Assembly (NCBI GenBank): GCA_000004695.1
Contig: CM000151.3
Span: forward strand, 7,648,001 to 7,712,000
Direction: 5' to 3'
Length of the DNA: 64,000 nucleotides
Source: Dictyostelium discoideum
Lineage: Eukaryota
The translations under genes were made by a program, and so were the position numbers. How positions within the stretch are numbered: position 1 is the first letter of the stretch; each line of letters opens with the position of its first letter. Below, one piece after another: positions 14,227 through 27,948 of the stretch. The notes under the pieces are model-generated. The model was not told where the DNA came from. It made no database searches and saw nothing but the letters and a program-made list of their open reading frames with translations.

Positions 14227-15307
14227 TTAATTTTCATTTGGATTAACATAAGTTTCACCTTCACTATCAGAATCCAAATTATTATTATTATTATTATTAT
14301 TTGATTTTTCATCGATTTTCATTTCAATTGCATTGATGATAGTATGAGGAGTATTTGCTATACCTTCAGCAGTTTTACCAGCCATTTCAATGATACCAGA
14401 GGCTGGTTTAACGATTGCACCCATTAAACCTTTACCAACACCTTTAAAGAAACCTTTTGCTTTATTATTTTCATCTTCACGTAAACCTTTGATTGGTTCA
14501 GTTACTATACCAGTGACACCCAAATATAAATTTTTACTTAAACTAATTGTACCTTGAGCTATACCTTCGAAAATATGAGATGCCTCTCTCTCTTTGACTT
14601 GATCGGCATCTGAGAAACCCATTAGATCTTCATGATCACCATGGAACACTGTTGCAGGTGTGTTTCTTAAACCTTCGGCTGTTTTAATTAAAAATCCAGA
14701 TCCACCTTTAACAGGTGAAGTTACAGCACCGAGTAACCCCTTACCAACACCTTTAAAGAATCCTTTGACTTTATTATCTTGGTTATCGACAATGTTTATA
14801 ATTGGTTCTGCAACGATACCCGACAAACCAGTGGCAATGTTTGTACCAAATAAAATTGCACCTTCAACTATACCTTGAACTATATGAACTGCTTCTTTCT
14901 CCTCACCATCGAATTGACTCTGAATACTACTATCATCCTCTTCACCCTCTTCCAATGCACATGAATTACTCTTATATTTACCACTTTTATTCTTTCTATT
15001 AGAATATGGATTTTTAAATATTGTACCACCACCACCACTTTCTGATCCAACTTCATCCTCATCCTCCTCCTCCTCTTCCTCCTCTTCAAAAATTTGTTCA
15101 ACTAAACCACTATCTAAATTCTTTACCATAATTGAATTCTCTGGTTTCTTCTTTTTATTTGATTGTGGTGTTTTTGGTAATGATTTATTTGGTGGTTTTG
15201 GTTTATTATCTATTTTATTTTCTACATTTTCAATTTCTTTTTCAGTTTCAGATGATGATGAATAAAATACACCACCTTCACTCTTACTATTACTATTATC
15301 ATCATTT

Positions 15308-15362
<55 letters not shown>

Positions 15363-16043
15363 CATCATCATTGTCATCATCGTCGTCATAATCATAAACA
15401 CTTTTACTTTTATTATTTTTATTTTTATTACCATTATTTAAAATATGTTCTTCTTCATCACTATCACCAATGATTTTCTCTTTTTTATAAATTTTCTTTC
15501 TATTTAATTCTGAATTTGAACTATTTTTTAATTTCTTTTTTTCATTTTTATTATTATTATTATTTGTTGTGGAATTTGATTCTGATGATCTTGATGGTGA
15601 AGGTGATGTTTGTTGTTGTGGTTTTATATTTGTAGATGATGATCTTGATAATGATGGTGATGGTAGAGGTGATGGTGTGGATGGTGTATGTAAATCATTT
15701 ACATCAATTAAATTATTACTATTACTATTATTACTATTTATACCAATTGTGAATGGGTCATCCTCTTCATGAATTAAATTATCTAAATCAATCTTTTCCG
15801 TTATTTTAGAATCTATATCACTTTGAATTGAATTTTTATCTCTAATAAAATAAGGTGAATCGGTTTTCATTGGACTTTTTAATTCAATATTTTCAACAAT
15901 ATTCCCACCAATACTGTTACTTTTTTTAAGATTATTTGATTTTTTTAATATGTCTTGAATTTTATTATCATATTCGTCATCTTCATCATCATCATCCTCT
16001 TCATCTCTTCCAATAATTACATCTATTATTTTTTTAAAATTTG

Positions 16044-16075
<32 letters not shown>

Positions 16076-16303
16076 CAATGTTAGTGTTGGTTTTTTTTTT
16101 TTTTTTTCTAATGATTAAAAAAATAAATCTTAGTTACCTTTATTAACTAAACCTCTTATGTGTAAAGAATCTTCTTGATTATCATCTTGAGAATGTTTTT
16201 CTTTATCACACTTTTTACAAAAATAAGCATCACATGCACAACAATAAATTGTAACAAGTTTGTCATGTTGTTGACATTTTAATTCGGATATATTTAATTT
16301 CAT
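14227..16303 (-). CDS. Novel protein: N-terminal B-box-type zinc finger plus two VPS13/ATG2 C-terminal (ATG_C-like) motif repeats. Exons 16303..16138 and 16022..14227
   Basis: Exon 1 is MKLNISELKCQQHDKLVTIYCCACDAYFCKKCDKEKH, which fits the B-box pattern C-x2-H-x7-C-x7-C-x2-C-x5-H. A GTAACT...ATAG intron (phase 1) joins it in frame to the 547-aa ORF. The C-terminal half carries two repeats: GIVAEPI..KGFFKGVGKGLLGAVTSPVKGGSGFLIKTAEGLRNTP and GIVTEPIKG..KGFFKGVGKGLMGAIVKPASGIIEMAGKTAEGIANTP. These resemble the conserved C-terminal segment of VPS13/ATG2. Confidence 0.65.
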
Positions 16304-16505
16304 TTATTTAGTGATTTTAAAAAAAATAAAAGAAAAAAATAAAAAAAAAAAATAAAAAAATGTTTTATTTTAATATTATTATTATTACAAATTTAAATAA
16401 ATTTAAATTAATTTTTTTAAAAAAAAAAAAATTATAATGTGAAAAAAAAAACAAAAAAATATTTTGTGGATATTATTATTAATTCTGTTTTATGCGATAT
16501 TTATT

Positions 16506-16545
<40 letters not shown>

Positions 16546-16994
16546 CAAACAAAAAAAAAAAAAAAATCAATATTGGTTTTATATTTTTTTTATTTTTATT
16601 TTTTTTTTTTTTTTTTTTTTCAACGTCGACAACCCGTTTAAGATTTCAAAAACAGAGTGATGTATTTAGATTAAATTTGTTTTATTTTAAAAATTTTTTT
16701 TTGCTATAAATATATTTTTAATATTTTTTATTTTATTAAAATTTTTTATTTTTTTGTGGTGGGGGTGTGGAGAAATTATCCAATGAGGAAATAAACTTTT
16801 ATTATTTTTTTTTTTTAAATTTATTTTTTTAATCTTTTTTTTTTTTTTTTTTATTTTTTTTTACTCTTTTAAATTTTTAAATAATAAATAAAACAACATA
16901 AAAAATACATAGCAATAAAAAGAAATAAAAGTAAAAAAAAAAAAAAATATATGAACTATAATTATTAAAAAAAAAAAAAAAAAAAAAAAAATTA

Positions 16995-17923
16995 ATGACA
17001 ACTGGTGGATTATCAAAATCTAGTGGATTAGATGAAGCTAGTGGTAGTGGTACTGGTAATAAAAAGAATAAAAATGAAAATGGAACTTTAAAAAGAAGTC
17101 AAAGTGTTTTTGAAACAAATAAAAAAGTTTCAAAATTTCCATTTTTAATTATTTGGAGTTTGGTTATGAATTGTTGTACATTAGGAATTTCAATTTTATT
17201 TATAGCACTTTATTGGAATTCAAATTGTTCCACATCAATTGCATTCTTATTCATTTATTCAATTATTTTTATTGGTAATATAGGTTTTGGAACATTCTTT
17301 CATCTTCGTTTTTCAAAAAATTGGGAATTGTAAGTTGTTATTATTATAATTTTATAAAAAATAAAAAACTAATTTCTAAATTTAAAAAATAATAATTAAA
17401 ATAATTTAGTACAAATAAAAAGAGAAATATAATATGGGTATCATTTATAATGTTTTTTGCAATTTCTGTTACAATATTTATAATTGCGATTTTTATAAAA
17501 GAAAGTTCATCATGTTCTAAAAAAGGTCAATTAAGTAATATGGTTAGAGCAAATGGTGTTATTGATTTAGTATTTTTGGCTGGTTTATTATTTTTCAATA
17601 TTGTAACTTTATGTTCATTCAGTACTGAAAGAAGAAGAAAAAAAAATAATAAAAATAATGTAGAGTTGGAAGAAGCAAATGTTAGTAATTATAAATCAAA
17701 TAATTCAATTAAAAATTATCCAACACCACCACCACCACAACAACAACAACAACAACAAATACCACCAAGTGCACCTTATCCTCATCAATCACAAAATCAA
17801 TATTATGATAACATCAACAATAACATCAACAATAACAATTTACCATATCAACCTCAAGTAATACATTATAATCCTCATGATCATTTACCACCCTATCCAT
17901 CTTCTGCAAGAGATAATATTTAA
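16995..17923 (+). CDS. Small 4-TM membrane protein with Pro/Gln/Asn-rich C-terminal tail. Exons 16995..17329 and 17410..17923
   Basis: ORF 16995-17333 ends at a GTAAGT donor (phase 2). It joins after tttag (17409) to ORF 17450-17923 in frame (..NWEF|TNKKRNIIWVSFIMFFAISV..). Several hydrophobic helices. No family recognised. Confidence 0.5.
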
Positions 17924-18171
17924 AAAAAATAAAAGAAATAAAAAAAAAAAAAAAAAGATAATAAAATTTTAAAAAAATTAAATTTATTTTAAATTTATTT
18001 TTTCATCAAAAAAATAAGTTTATACTTATAAATATAATTTTATGATTTAATTAAACAGTTTATTTTTATTTTTATTTTTTTTCTTTAAATACTTGTGGGA
18101 ATCATGATTATTAACTATTTTTAGATATGGTATCATATCATTTGTATTATGCTATAAAAATTTGTGAATTG

Positions 18172-18204
<33 letters not shown>

Positions 18205-18395
18205 TATCAAAATTAAATTGTTTATAAACAAATAATTGTTTTTTGATTACCATATACTCACGTATATTTATATAAATATAAATATACTCACGTATTTTTA
18301 TACATAATTTATTTTTATAAATATATTGATTTAATGTGTATGTGTTTAAATTTAGTTTATATATATATATAAAATATATATCTTTTTTTTTTTGG

Positions 18396-18608
18396 GTGTG
18401 TGTGTGTGTGTATTTGAAAAAAGGAAAAAAGTGAATAGAAAAAAAAAAAATAAATAAATAAAAAAAAAAAAAAGAGGGTGGGGGATAGATAATAAATTGT
18501 ATAAATAGGTTAAGGGTGAGGATATTTTCGAAAATAATATCAACATATATACACATATATTTTATTTATACAAAAATGAAAAATGAATTATGGTGTGTGT
18601 GTGTGTAT
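18396..18608. repeat. Intergenic simple repeats: (TG)n at 18396-18412, (TG)n at 18591-18606, flanking (TA)n-rich sequence
   Basis: gggtgtgtgtgtgtgtgt and tggtgtgtgtgtgtgt visible. A further (CA)n sits at 19737-19756 inside an intron. Confidence 0.7.
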
Positions 18609-19168
18609 AGTATCAACTCCAAATTACAAAAAAACAAAGTGTGATTATTATTTTATTTAATTTTAATTTTATTTTTATTTATTTATTTTTATTTATTTTT
18701 AATTATTTATTATTATTATTTTTTTTTTTGATATATATCAAATAATTATCCAAATAATTATATATTGGTGTCATTATGTTTTTATGTATTATTTTAAAAT
18801 AAATTAAATTCTTGAATAAATAATAAAAAAAAAAAAAAAAAAAAAAACAATATTTCATTTTTATCAAAAAAAATAATAAAATAAAATAATTATAAAAATA
18901 AAAATAAAAATAAAAATAAAATAATTGTTATTCCCTAAATTTTTTTTATTTTAATTTATTGATATTTTTGGAAGTTATTGTTAAATATAGTTAATAGTTT
19001 TAATAATTTTATAAAAAAAAAAAAAAATAATAAAAAAAATAAAAAATTAAAAAAAACAATTATAATAAAAACAATAATAAATATATTACCCCCTTCTATA
19101 ATTTTATTTAATAAATTTAAATTTTTATAGTATAAAAAAAAAAAAAAAAAAGTTATTATTATAATAAA

Positions 19169-19970
19169 ATGGCATCATTTTTATGGAAAATAACTACATT
19201 ATTAGGTATAATAATTTTATCAATTTCAGTTGTATCAATAATTTTACCATGGTATAAAACAGAATCAGTATCTAGAAAAGGAAGACTTCATTCAGAGTAT
19301 AGATATTATTTATCATATTATGAAATTGATAAAACTGATATGACCATGATTGATATTGATGGACAAACACCAGCAACATCGACATCGATTATCACAAGAA
19401 ACTATTACCAAAATTTACAATTAATTCAACATACACTTCAAATTAGTTTTTATTTCTTAGTTTTGGGTATGGGTTTCACTTTTGTAAATTTAATAGTTTT
19501 AATTTTCTTTGGAAAGAAAACGTTAAATAAAACAATAGCAATCTTAGTAATTAATTCATTTAGTGCAATTTTATTCCTAATTTCAAGTTTAATGACATTA
19601 CATATAACTGAAGATTTTAGAAATTCTCAAGATGTATTACCTGCTTGTAAATCAACATATTGTAATTCTTTTATTGGTAAAAGTTTTAATACTTATAAAG
19701 TAAGTTTTTGTATTATTTATTTTAATTTTTTAAATTTTAACACACACTCACACACACATATATATTAATTTATTTAATTTATTATTTTTTTAGACATTTG
19801 AATATACATGGAGACCAGATTTAGGATGGATTATTGTTACTGTTGCTATGGGTCTTTCATTCTTTCAATTAATTCCTGTAATAATTTCAACTGTTTTGGT
19901 TTGTAAAAAAGGAAATAAAACAAAGAGTTGGAAAGAAATTATTGAAGATGCTCAACTTTCCAAGAACTAA
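19169..19970 (+). CDS. Uncharacterised 4-TM membrane protein. Exons 19169..19699 and 19794..19970
   Basis: 199-aa ORF ends at aaa|gtaagt. A 94-nt intron contains the (CA)n. Exon 2 continues in frame TFEYTWRPDLGWIIVTVAMGLSFFQLIPVIISTVLVC... to TAA at 19968-19970. Four predicted hydrophobic helices. Confidence 0.55.
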
Positions 19971-20592
19971 ATAAAAAGAATTTTGAATTATTTTTTATTT
20001 TTATTTTTTATTTTAAAACTATAAAAATAAAAAAAAAAATTTTATAAAAATGAAAATAAAAATAAAAAATAAAAGATATTTAGTACATTTTTTAAAATAA
20101 AAATAAAAAAATAAAAAAAAAAGATATTTATAAAAATTAAATATAAAATTAAAATTAAATTCCAAATAAATAATTTTTTAAAAAATTTCATTGACATTGT
20201 TTTGGTAAGGAATTTTAAAAAGAGTTTTCTGTGACAGGTATCTTTTATTTAAAAAAAATAAAAAGTGCCCATTTTTTTATTTTTTTTATTTAAAATTCCT
20301 AAAAATATCCTCTACTCGAAAAAATCATTTTTAGAAAATAAAAGGTTACAGTTGGGTTTTTAATAAAAACATTAACTTTTCAAAAGACTCTTTCCTATTT
20401 TTTTAAAAATAATACAAAAATAATATTATTATTTTTTTTTTATAAGTAACAAAAAAAAAAATAGTAAAATCAAAAATAAAAAAAAAAAGTAAAAAAAATA
20501 AAATCACAAAATAAATTTTAATAATTAATATTTCCAAATGATACAGAAAATAAATAAAATTAATAAAAAAAATTAATAAAAAAAAAAAAGGA

Positions 20593-21968
20593 ATGGGAAA
20601 TAATGATTTTAATGATGAAGAGAAACCTTTTATTGATAAAGAAACACATGATGAAATTGTACCAAAAAAAATTCCATTATCACAACATAAACATTTAAAA
20701 CAAATTTTTTTAATGTTTTTAATTTATTCATTGATGGTAATGAGCTCATTTTTATATGGTTTATATATTCCAGTTGTTTTTACAAATTATGTTAAAATTA
20801 AATATCCATCACTTAGTGCTGATGAAATTTCATCAAAAGCATCATATTATAAATCTTTTTCTGATGGTTTGCCATATCTTTCAATGTTTTTACTCGGTCC
20901 ATTATTTGGTGTTTTATCAGATAGGTATGCAATAAAAGTAATATTAAAAAATATTTTAAAATAATTATTTTTATTAATTTTTTTTTTAAATAGATTTGGT
21001 AGAAAACCAATTTTATTTGGTAGTGTTGCATTACTTATAATTGATATGATATCATGTTATATTACAGTTAGAACAAATAATTTATATTATTTTTATTTTT
21101 TTCATTCAATTGCTGGAGTTTGTAATTCAGTAGCTGGAGCTGCCCATTCATTTATTTCAGATTTATCAGATGAATCACATATTCCAATATTATATTCATT
21201 ATTGGGAGCATCATTAGGATGTGGAATATTATTTGGACCAAGTACATATGTATTTACATCAAAATCAAGTATACCATATTTAACATTATATATTTCAATT
21301 GCTATTGTTGCAAGTACTTTAATATTAATTCCATTTCTTAAAGAAAGTTTAGAAACTGCTAAACAAGAAAATAAAATTACAGTTGATATTAAAAATACTT
21401 CAAATCCATTTAAATTAATTAAAAACCTGTTCACTAAATCTGGTACATATTTAAGTTTGGTACTTTTATTATATATTTCAATCTCTTATACAAGCCAAGA
21501 CCTTTTATCAACTTATTTCTATTATTTAGAATTAGTATATGGTTGGAATGCAAGTGATTGTGGTTTATTTTTTGGGGCCTTAGGTGGCATTATAATGATT
21601 TGGGGTGTTTTTTTAATTCCATTTTTATTAAAATTTTATTGTAAGTTTTTATGAATTCCTGATATTTGCAAAACACATAAAAAATAATAATAATAATAAA
21701 ATAACAACTAACAATTTATTTATTATTTATTTATTTATTAAAAAAAAAAAAAAAAAAAAAAGCTGAAAGAAAAATTATATCATTAGGATTTTCAATTAGC
21801 ATTGTGGCACATACATTTTTTGTACTTTCAGGAAAGAGTCAATATATATATATTGTTGGTGGTGTATTTGTAGCATTTGTACCAAATAACATATCATTAC
21901 TTCAAGCTGTAATTTCAAGATCTACTTCAAGTGAACTTCAAGGAACAGTTTTAACAGGTAATTATTAG

Positions 21969-22010
<42 letters not shown>

Positions 22011-22290
22011 AACATTTATTTTATTTTATTTTATTTAATTCTATTTTTATTTTAATTTTAATTTTAAAATAGGAGTTGTCGCAATTGGTTCAATTGCATC
22101 ATTTGTTGGAGCAATTGTATCGAATGACATTTTTATGTATGCAACATCTGGTAAAGCTAAAGTTTATTTTCCACAAGCTCCATATCTAATAAATGGTTTA
22201 ATAGTTGTTATTACTTTTATTGGTTCATTACTTATTTGGAAATATCATAAAAACCCAAACCCACTAAGAAAAACTAAAACTATTAATTAA
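20593..22290 (+). CDS. MFS transporter (HIAT1/MFSD14-like). Exons 20593..20934, 20994..21640, 21763..21957, 22073..22290
   Basis: MFS motif A is reconstituted across intron 1 (GPLFGVLSDR|FGRKP). About 12 hydrophobic segments. Introns are gtatgc..aatag, gtaagt..aaaag, gtaatt..aatag. Paralog of the gene at 60598-62257. Confidence 0.85.
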
Positions 22291-22631
22291 ATAAATAAAT
22301 ATTAGCAATAAATAAATATTTAAGGTTGTAATAATTAAATATATTTTCAACTTTTAAATTAAAAATTTTATTTTTTTCTTTATTCTCATTTTCTCTCCTG
22401 TCATAATTAACTTAATAATATGAAAACTAATTAAATTAGTAATAACAGAAGATACAGGTATAAAGAAAAATTTTAAATTTTTAAAAAAAAAGTTTATTGA
22501 AAAAAAAATGTAACACTATGCTTAGATTTAATTGTAGTTACTAAAACAATTAAACTCTGTTATAGTGAATTTTATTAAAAGCAAAATTACTAAATAAATA
22601 ATAAACTTTAATTATTTCCTTCGTAATTTTG

Positions 22632-22672
<41 letters not shown>

Positions 22673-22937
22673 AAAAAAAATACATATTTCAGACAAAAAA
22701 AAAAGAAAAATTAAAAAAAAAAATTGGGAAGTTAACGAATGTGATACAACAGATAGCATGTAAAAATGAAATCAATAAATATTAAAATTTTAAGGTGTGC
22801 CCAAACAACTTGAGCCTTACCTGCGGTTAATCTGTTATTATTTTTTATTGCTCCAAATTTTTTAATGGTAGGTCATTTTGCCTCAAAAAATATTATTTTA
22901 CTTTTATGTCCCAGAAAAGATTTTTAAAATTTTATTT

Positions 22938-25900
22938 TTAACCTAATTTATCCATACTAAATTTACCTTTAGATTTTCTTCTTTTTGAGAATTTAAAAGT
23001 TTTACCATCTCTATAAATATAGAAACGTTTTTTAAATAATACATAACCAGTAAGGGCTAAAACTGTGATAGCAACTATTGGAACAACTACAGCAACTGGT
23101 ATAACCCATGCTCTTGAATTACTATTAGTAGCACCACAACCATCTCCACCATTGGATGAGGAGAATTGTGGATCAACCAAAACTGCATAATTTGGATCTA
23201 AAATACATTGATCACATTGTGGCATATTTATACCAACATAAGATACAGAATCTTTAATTCCCATATCTACAACTTTTGATATTGCAACTCTACCATTTGA
23301 AATCATTCTATCAATGAATGAACCAAATAATATACCACCATTTCTTGTTAATGTAAATGATAATAATGAGTTTGAACTATCAGTTTGTGAATCGATTGTA
23401 CCATTAGTTGATTTACATTTATCGTCATCGTCGTCAACTTTTATTGTCTTTGATTTAGAAATGAATACAGCACGTAATGTATTTAAAGAGGATTGATATT
23501 GCCAACCACTAATATTTAATGAGACTTTAACTTGATCTTTTTCAAGATTCATTGTAATACCTGCAAATTCATATTTCACTGATTTTGTAGGTACAACAAC
23601 CGATACTGATACAATGACATTGGATTGATTTGAATAATAAATAGAGGCAACACCAAGTTGATTGGCTTTATCTTCTTTATATTCCCAATTGTTAATTTTA
23701 ATCTCTTGAACTACATCATCATTAAAATCTAATTCTTGAAGACTTGATAATGAAAATTCAAATTCAACAGTTGAAAGTGAATAGGTAGCTTGTGGTTGAG
23801 TTTGATCGGTTACTAAACTATAAGTATTTGGTGCTGGTTTTTTAAATGTACATGTTGGACCATAATAATCACCAACACCACAATTACATTGACCTTCAAT
23901 ACATGTTCCACCATTTTCACAAGATGGTGAACATTGATTTGATTTTATTTTTTCATAATATACAATTTTCGATGAGGAAATGCTAAAACCATTATCATTA
24001 ATAGTGATTGAAGCATACCCACCTTGTGAAAATGTTGGTGCATTTACTATAATCTCTGAATTACTTATTGAAATAATTGCACAATTTTGATTGTTGATTG
24101 AAATAGTTGGTGAAACACCACCACTTAAATTATAAAATTTACCATATATTGTAAGTTGATTATTAGTTGGTGTTATAATTGAAGCAGAACTTATAATTGG
24201 GAAAGCTCTCTTAAATGTTTGTTTAACTATTGGTGATGAAACTTTTATTGATTTTATAAAAATTTCAATTGGACCTTCTTTAAAATCTAATGGTAATTCA
24301 ATGATGATATTTTCATGTGAATGGAATAATGGTGAAGTAAATGGTAAATTATTAATATAGACAATACCATTTTTATCAAATGTACCAGTTAAATTTAAAT
24401 TTAATAAATTTGGAAATTGAATGAAATCAATTTTTAAAATTTCTAAATTATAATAATTCCATTCGATACTAACAGATTGATCTGGTGTAAATTGAAGTAT
24501 TCTATTGGTGGTAGCTGGTTTTGGTGGGAAATCAAAAGTAAATTTACTATTTGGTATAACCATATTTAAGCCAGGTGTAGTTGAAGGAGTTTGCCAACCT
24601 AAATTTTCACCAGTAATTTCAAGAGTTTCACCAACTGATAACACATTGAAACTTGAAACGGTTAATATAAAATCACAAACAAATGATGAATTTGGTGATA
24701 AATCATTTTGATTATTAGCAAACCAATGACTTGCTAATGAACCCCAATGGCATTTAAAACAATCTGGAATTGATGTAAATTGATTGTTTGATAAATCAAT
24801 ATCAGGTATTGAGCAAAATGTTGATGGAATTGACCCACTTAATAAATTACTTGATGTATTTACTTTTTGTAATTGAATAAATGAAGGTAATTGACCCTGA
24901 ACTATATTATTTGGAATAATAAGTTGTTTCAACTCTAAATTTATACTTGATTTTAATTTTGATAGACGAGAAAATTCTACATCAAATATCTCTAAATTTG
25001 GTGGTAAATTTACAATTGGTGTTGTATATGATAATTCTCCATCTAAAAATACTAAACTTGTTAAATTAGTTCCTGTGAATGATAAACCACTATCAACAAC
25101 ATGGCAGTTTTTAAAATTAAGTGATCCCATTATATTATTTGTAAATTCAAATGATACAAATGTATTAGGGATTGTACAAAATATTGAAACAGTTGTTAAA
25201 TTATTCATATTGAAAATTGAAATTGGTGCTTCTGTATAAATAGTTCTTTTTTTTTTCATACCAATAAAAAATAATAATTAATAACATTTTTAAAAAAGAA
25301 AAAAAACTTTTAAAATATACTTACAAATGTTTTAATTTTTGCCAAGTATAACCATCAATATTAATATTTGAATTATTATTTAATCTGAGGAATAATGTAT
25401 TAATAGAGTTTGTTTCACTCCAATCAAATCTAATAATTGGGAAATCCAAAATAATATTTGTTAAAGGACCATCAGTTTTTGTGAAAAATACATCTGATAA
25501 ATGAGTTGCTGGTACATTTCTAACTATTAATGTTGTAACTTTTGGGCAATAAAAAAGGAATAAATCTGGAAAAGTATTTAAGTTTTGAATATTTGAAATT
25601 CTATTAAAAATAAAAAAATAAAAAAATAAAATAAAAAAATAAAATAAAAAAAAATAAAATGTTTAATTTACAAATTAATATTTTAAATATACAATTGAAT
25701 GAAATATATATGTATACATACTCTATATATTCCAAGCCTGTCATTTGATTAATATAGTCTAAGATGTTTACCGTATTAGTAGCAACACCATTAATTACTC
25801 TAAATAAAAATAAATAAAAAAAAAAAAAGAGGGTTAAAAAAAATATTAATAAAATTTTTAAAACAGTTAAAAATTACTCACAAAGAAGTTAAATTTTGGA

Positions 25901-27100
25901 GATTTAAAAAATTTATAGTTGGTTGATTTGTAAATGATTGAAGTTTTCTTGAAAAGTCAACAAGATTAAGTATTTCGGGTTGTACTGGATTTGGAGATAA
26001 ATTTCCTGATGTACCAATTGTGTAACCACTTGTAGTTGTTGTGGTTGGATCAATTGAAGTGGTTGATCCTGATGTACCACTTGAGTAACCACTTGAGTAA
26101 CCACTTGTACTTGTTGTAGTTGGATCAAAAGAAGTTGTTGATCCTGATGTACCACTTGTACTTGTTGTAGTTGGATCAATCAAAGTTGTTGATCCTGATG
26201 TTCCACTTGTACCTATTGTGGTTGGATCATTTGAAGTTGTTGATCCTAATGTTCCACTTGTACCCATTGTAGTTGGATCATTTGAAGTTGTTGAGCCTGA
26301 TGTTCCACTTGTACTTGTTGTAGTTGGATCATTTGAAGTCGTTGGTCCTGATGTTCCACTTGTACCTATTGTGGTTGGATCATTTGAGGTCGTTGATCCT
26401 AATGTACCACTTGTACCTATTGTGGTTGGGTCATTTGAAGTCGTTGATCCCAATGTTCCACTTGTACCTATTGTGGTTGGATCATTTGAAGTTGTAGATA
26501 AGCCAGAACTCAATGTTCTTGTCACTGAGCCACTTGAACCTAAAGAATTAGCTGTCCCAGTAGTTAATGCGAATTGAGTTGTTGATGTCGCACCGGGTGC
26601 AATAACACTGCCCAAAGGTATTGTTGAATTTAATGTCCTTTTAAAAAAACAAATTTAATTAATAATTTAATAATTATTTTAATTTTATTAATATTAATTA
26701 TTTTTTTTTTTTTTAAAACTTACAAACTCTTTACTGTTTTTAATGTCGAATCACAAACAATTCCAATATTTGAACATGCTTTTCCTAAAGACAAATTCCA
26801 TGCAAATCCATATTGGATTGCTATCCACCAAAGAGTATTTACTATATTATATATTTTAAAAAAAAAAAATGTAATTATTATTATTATTTATTTTTTTTTT
26901 TTTTTTTTTTTTTTTTTTATCGTCAAATATTTTTGTGAAAATAAACGAAAAACATTGGAAAAATAAATGAAATTATGTTTAAAAAAATTCCACTTACGTT
27001 CATTTTCATCAGTAATATCAGATTTAACAATATTATTAAAAGTTGTTAAAATTAATATTAAAATATAAATATAATTAACAACTCTTTTATACATTTTCAA
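22938..27100 (-). CDS. Type-I cell-surface glycoprotein: signal peptide, mucin-like PTS repeat exon, LRR-like exons, IPT/TIG-like region, EGF-like module, TM, short basic tail. At least 6 exons
   Basis: Signal-peptide exon MYKRVVNYIYILILILTTFNNIVKSDITDENE (about 27085-27005). Small exon NTLWWIAIQYGFAWNLSLGKACSNIGIVCDSTLKTVKSL. PTS exon 26639..about 25886 with TSNDPTTIGTSGTLGS repeats. Exons of about 25793-25720 and 25606-25327. Last exon about 25246..22938 containing CSPSCENGGTCIEGQCNCGVGDYYGPTC (EGF-like), the TM helix AWVIPVAVVVPIVAITVLALTGYVLF, and KKRFYIYRDGK. Splice junctions inferred by frame continuity. Boundaries are approximate. Confidence 0.6.
25990..26520. repeat. 48-bp (16-codon) tandem minisatellite, about 10 units, inside the coding exon of the surface glycoprotein
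   Basis: Near-identical units ggatcatttgaagttgttgatcctgatgttccacttgtacctattgtggtt (minus strand encodes TSNDPTTIGTSGTLGS). The six-frame track shows the periodic repeat on both strands. Confidence 0.85.
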
Positions 27101-27468
27101 TCTTTATATTTTGTAAGGTATTTTTGTGATACGAACAAAAAATTAAAAAAAAAAATTAAAAAAAACTTTTTTGATAAGTTAAAAAAACATTTAAAAAGAT
27201 TTTTTTATTTTTTTTTTTTTTTGATTGTAAAAAAAAAGCTTCAAATCGGAACGGTGAAAATTTTTCAAAGAAGATATTTATTTTTATTTTTTTTTTTATT
27301 TTTTTTTTTTTTTCAGATTTTGTTAATTGGAAAAAAAATATCTTTTACTTTTGATTAAAAAAAAAAAGTAAAAAAAAATAAAAATTCTATTAAAAATTAT
27401 ATTTGAAATAAAATAAATTATTTTTTTTTTTTTTTTTTTTATTTATCAATGCAGATATAAAGCATTTT

Positions 27469-27507
<39 letters not shown>

Positions 27508-27948
27508 AAGAATTTATATTTAAAGGGAAAAATGAATTGTAGTTTATTTATTTAGAAAATAAAAATAAAAATTTGGAAAATTAATAAATAAAAATAAATA
27601 ATTATTATTTAATATTTTTTACCATTGTTATTTTTTTTTTACCTATTTTTTTTATATAAAATTAATAGTATAATTTCTTTGTTAAATTATTTATTTAAAA
27701 AAAATTGTTTGCATGGTGTGAAGCTTACCTTTTATTAAGTTATAAATTATTTATTTAAATTATTTTGTTCAACTTCAACAATTATTTTTTTTTTTTTTTT
27801 TTTTTTCAATATTAATCAGTTTTCTATCCGATTGGGTGGTAATTGCAGCTTGTTTTTTTTTTTTTTTAATAAAAAACATGACACTCGGCTATGGAATTCG
27901 CCACCAGAAATCCACTCCCGAATTCTGAAGGGTCGCCGATTTATTAGT

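Noticed and set aside
26218-26577. 119-aa plus-strand ORF with VGSFEVVDPNVPLVPI repeats
   Set aside because: Antisense reading of the 48-bp PTS minisatellite of the surface glycoprotein gene. It is periodic only because the repeat is periodic.
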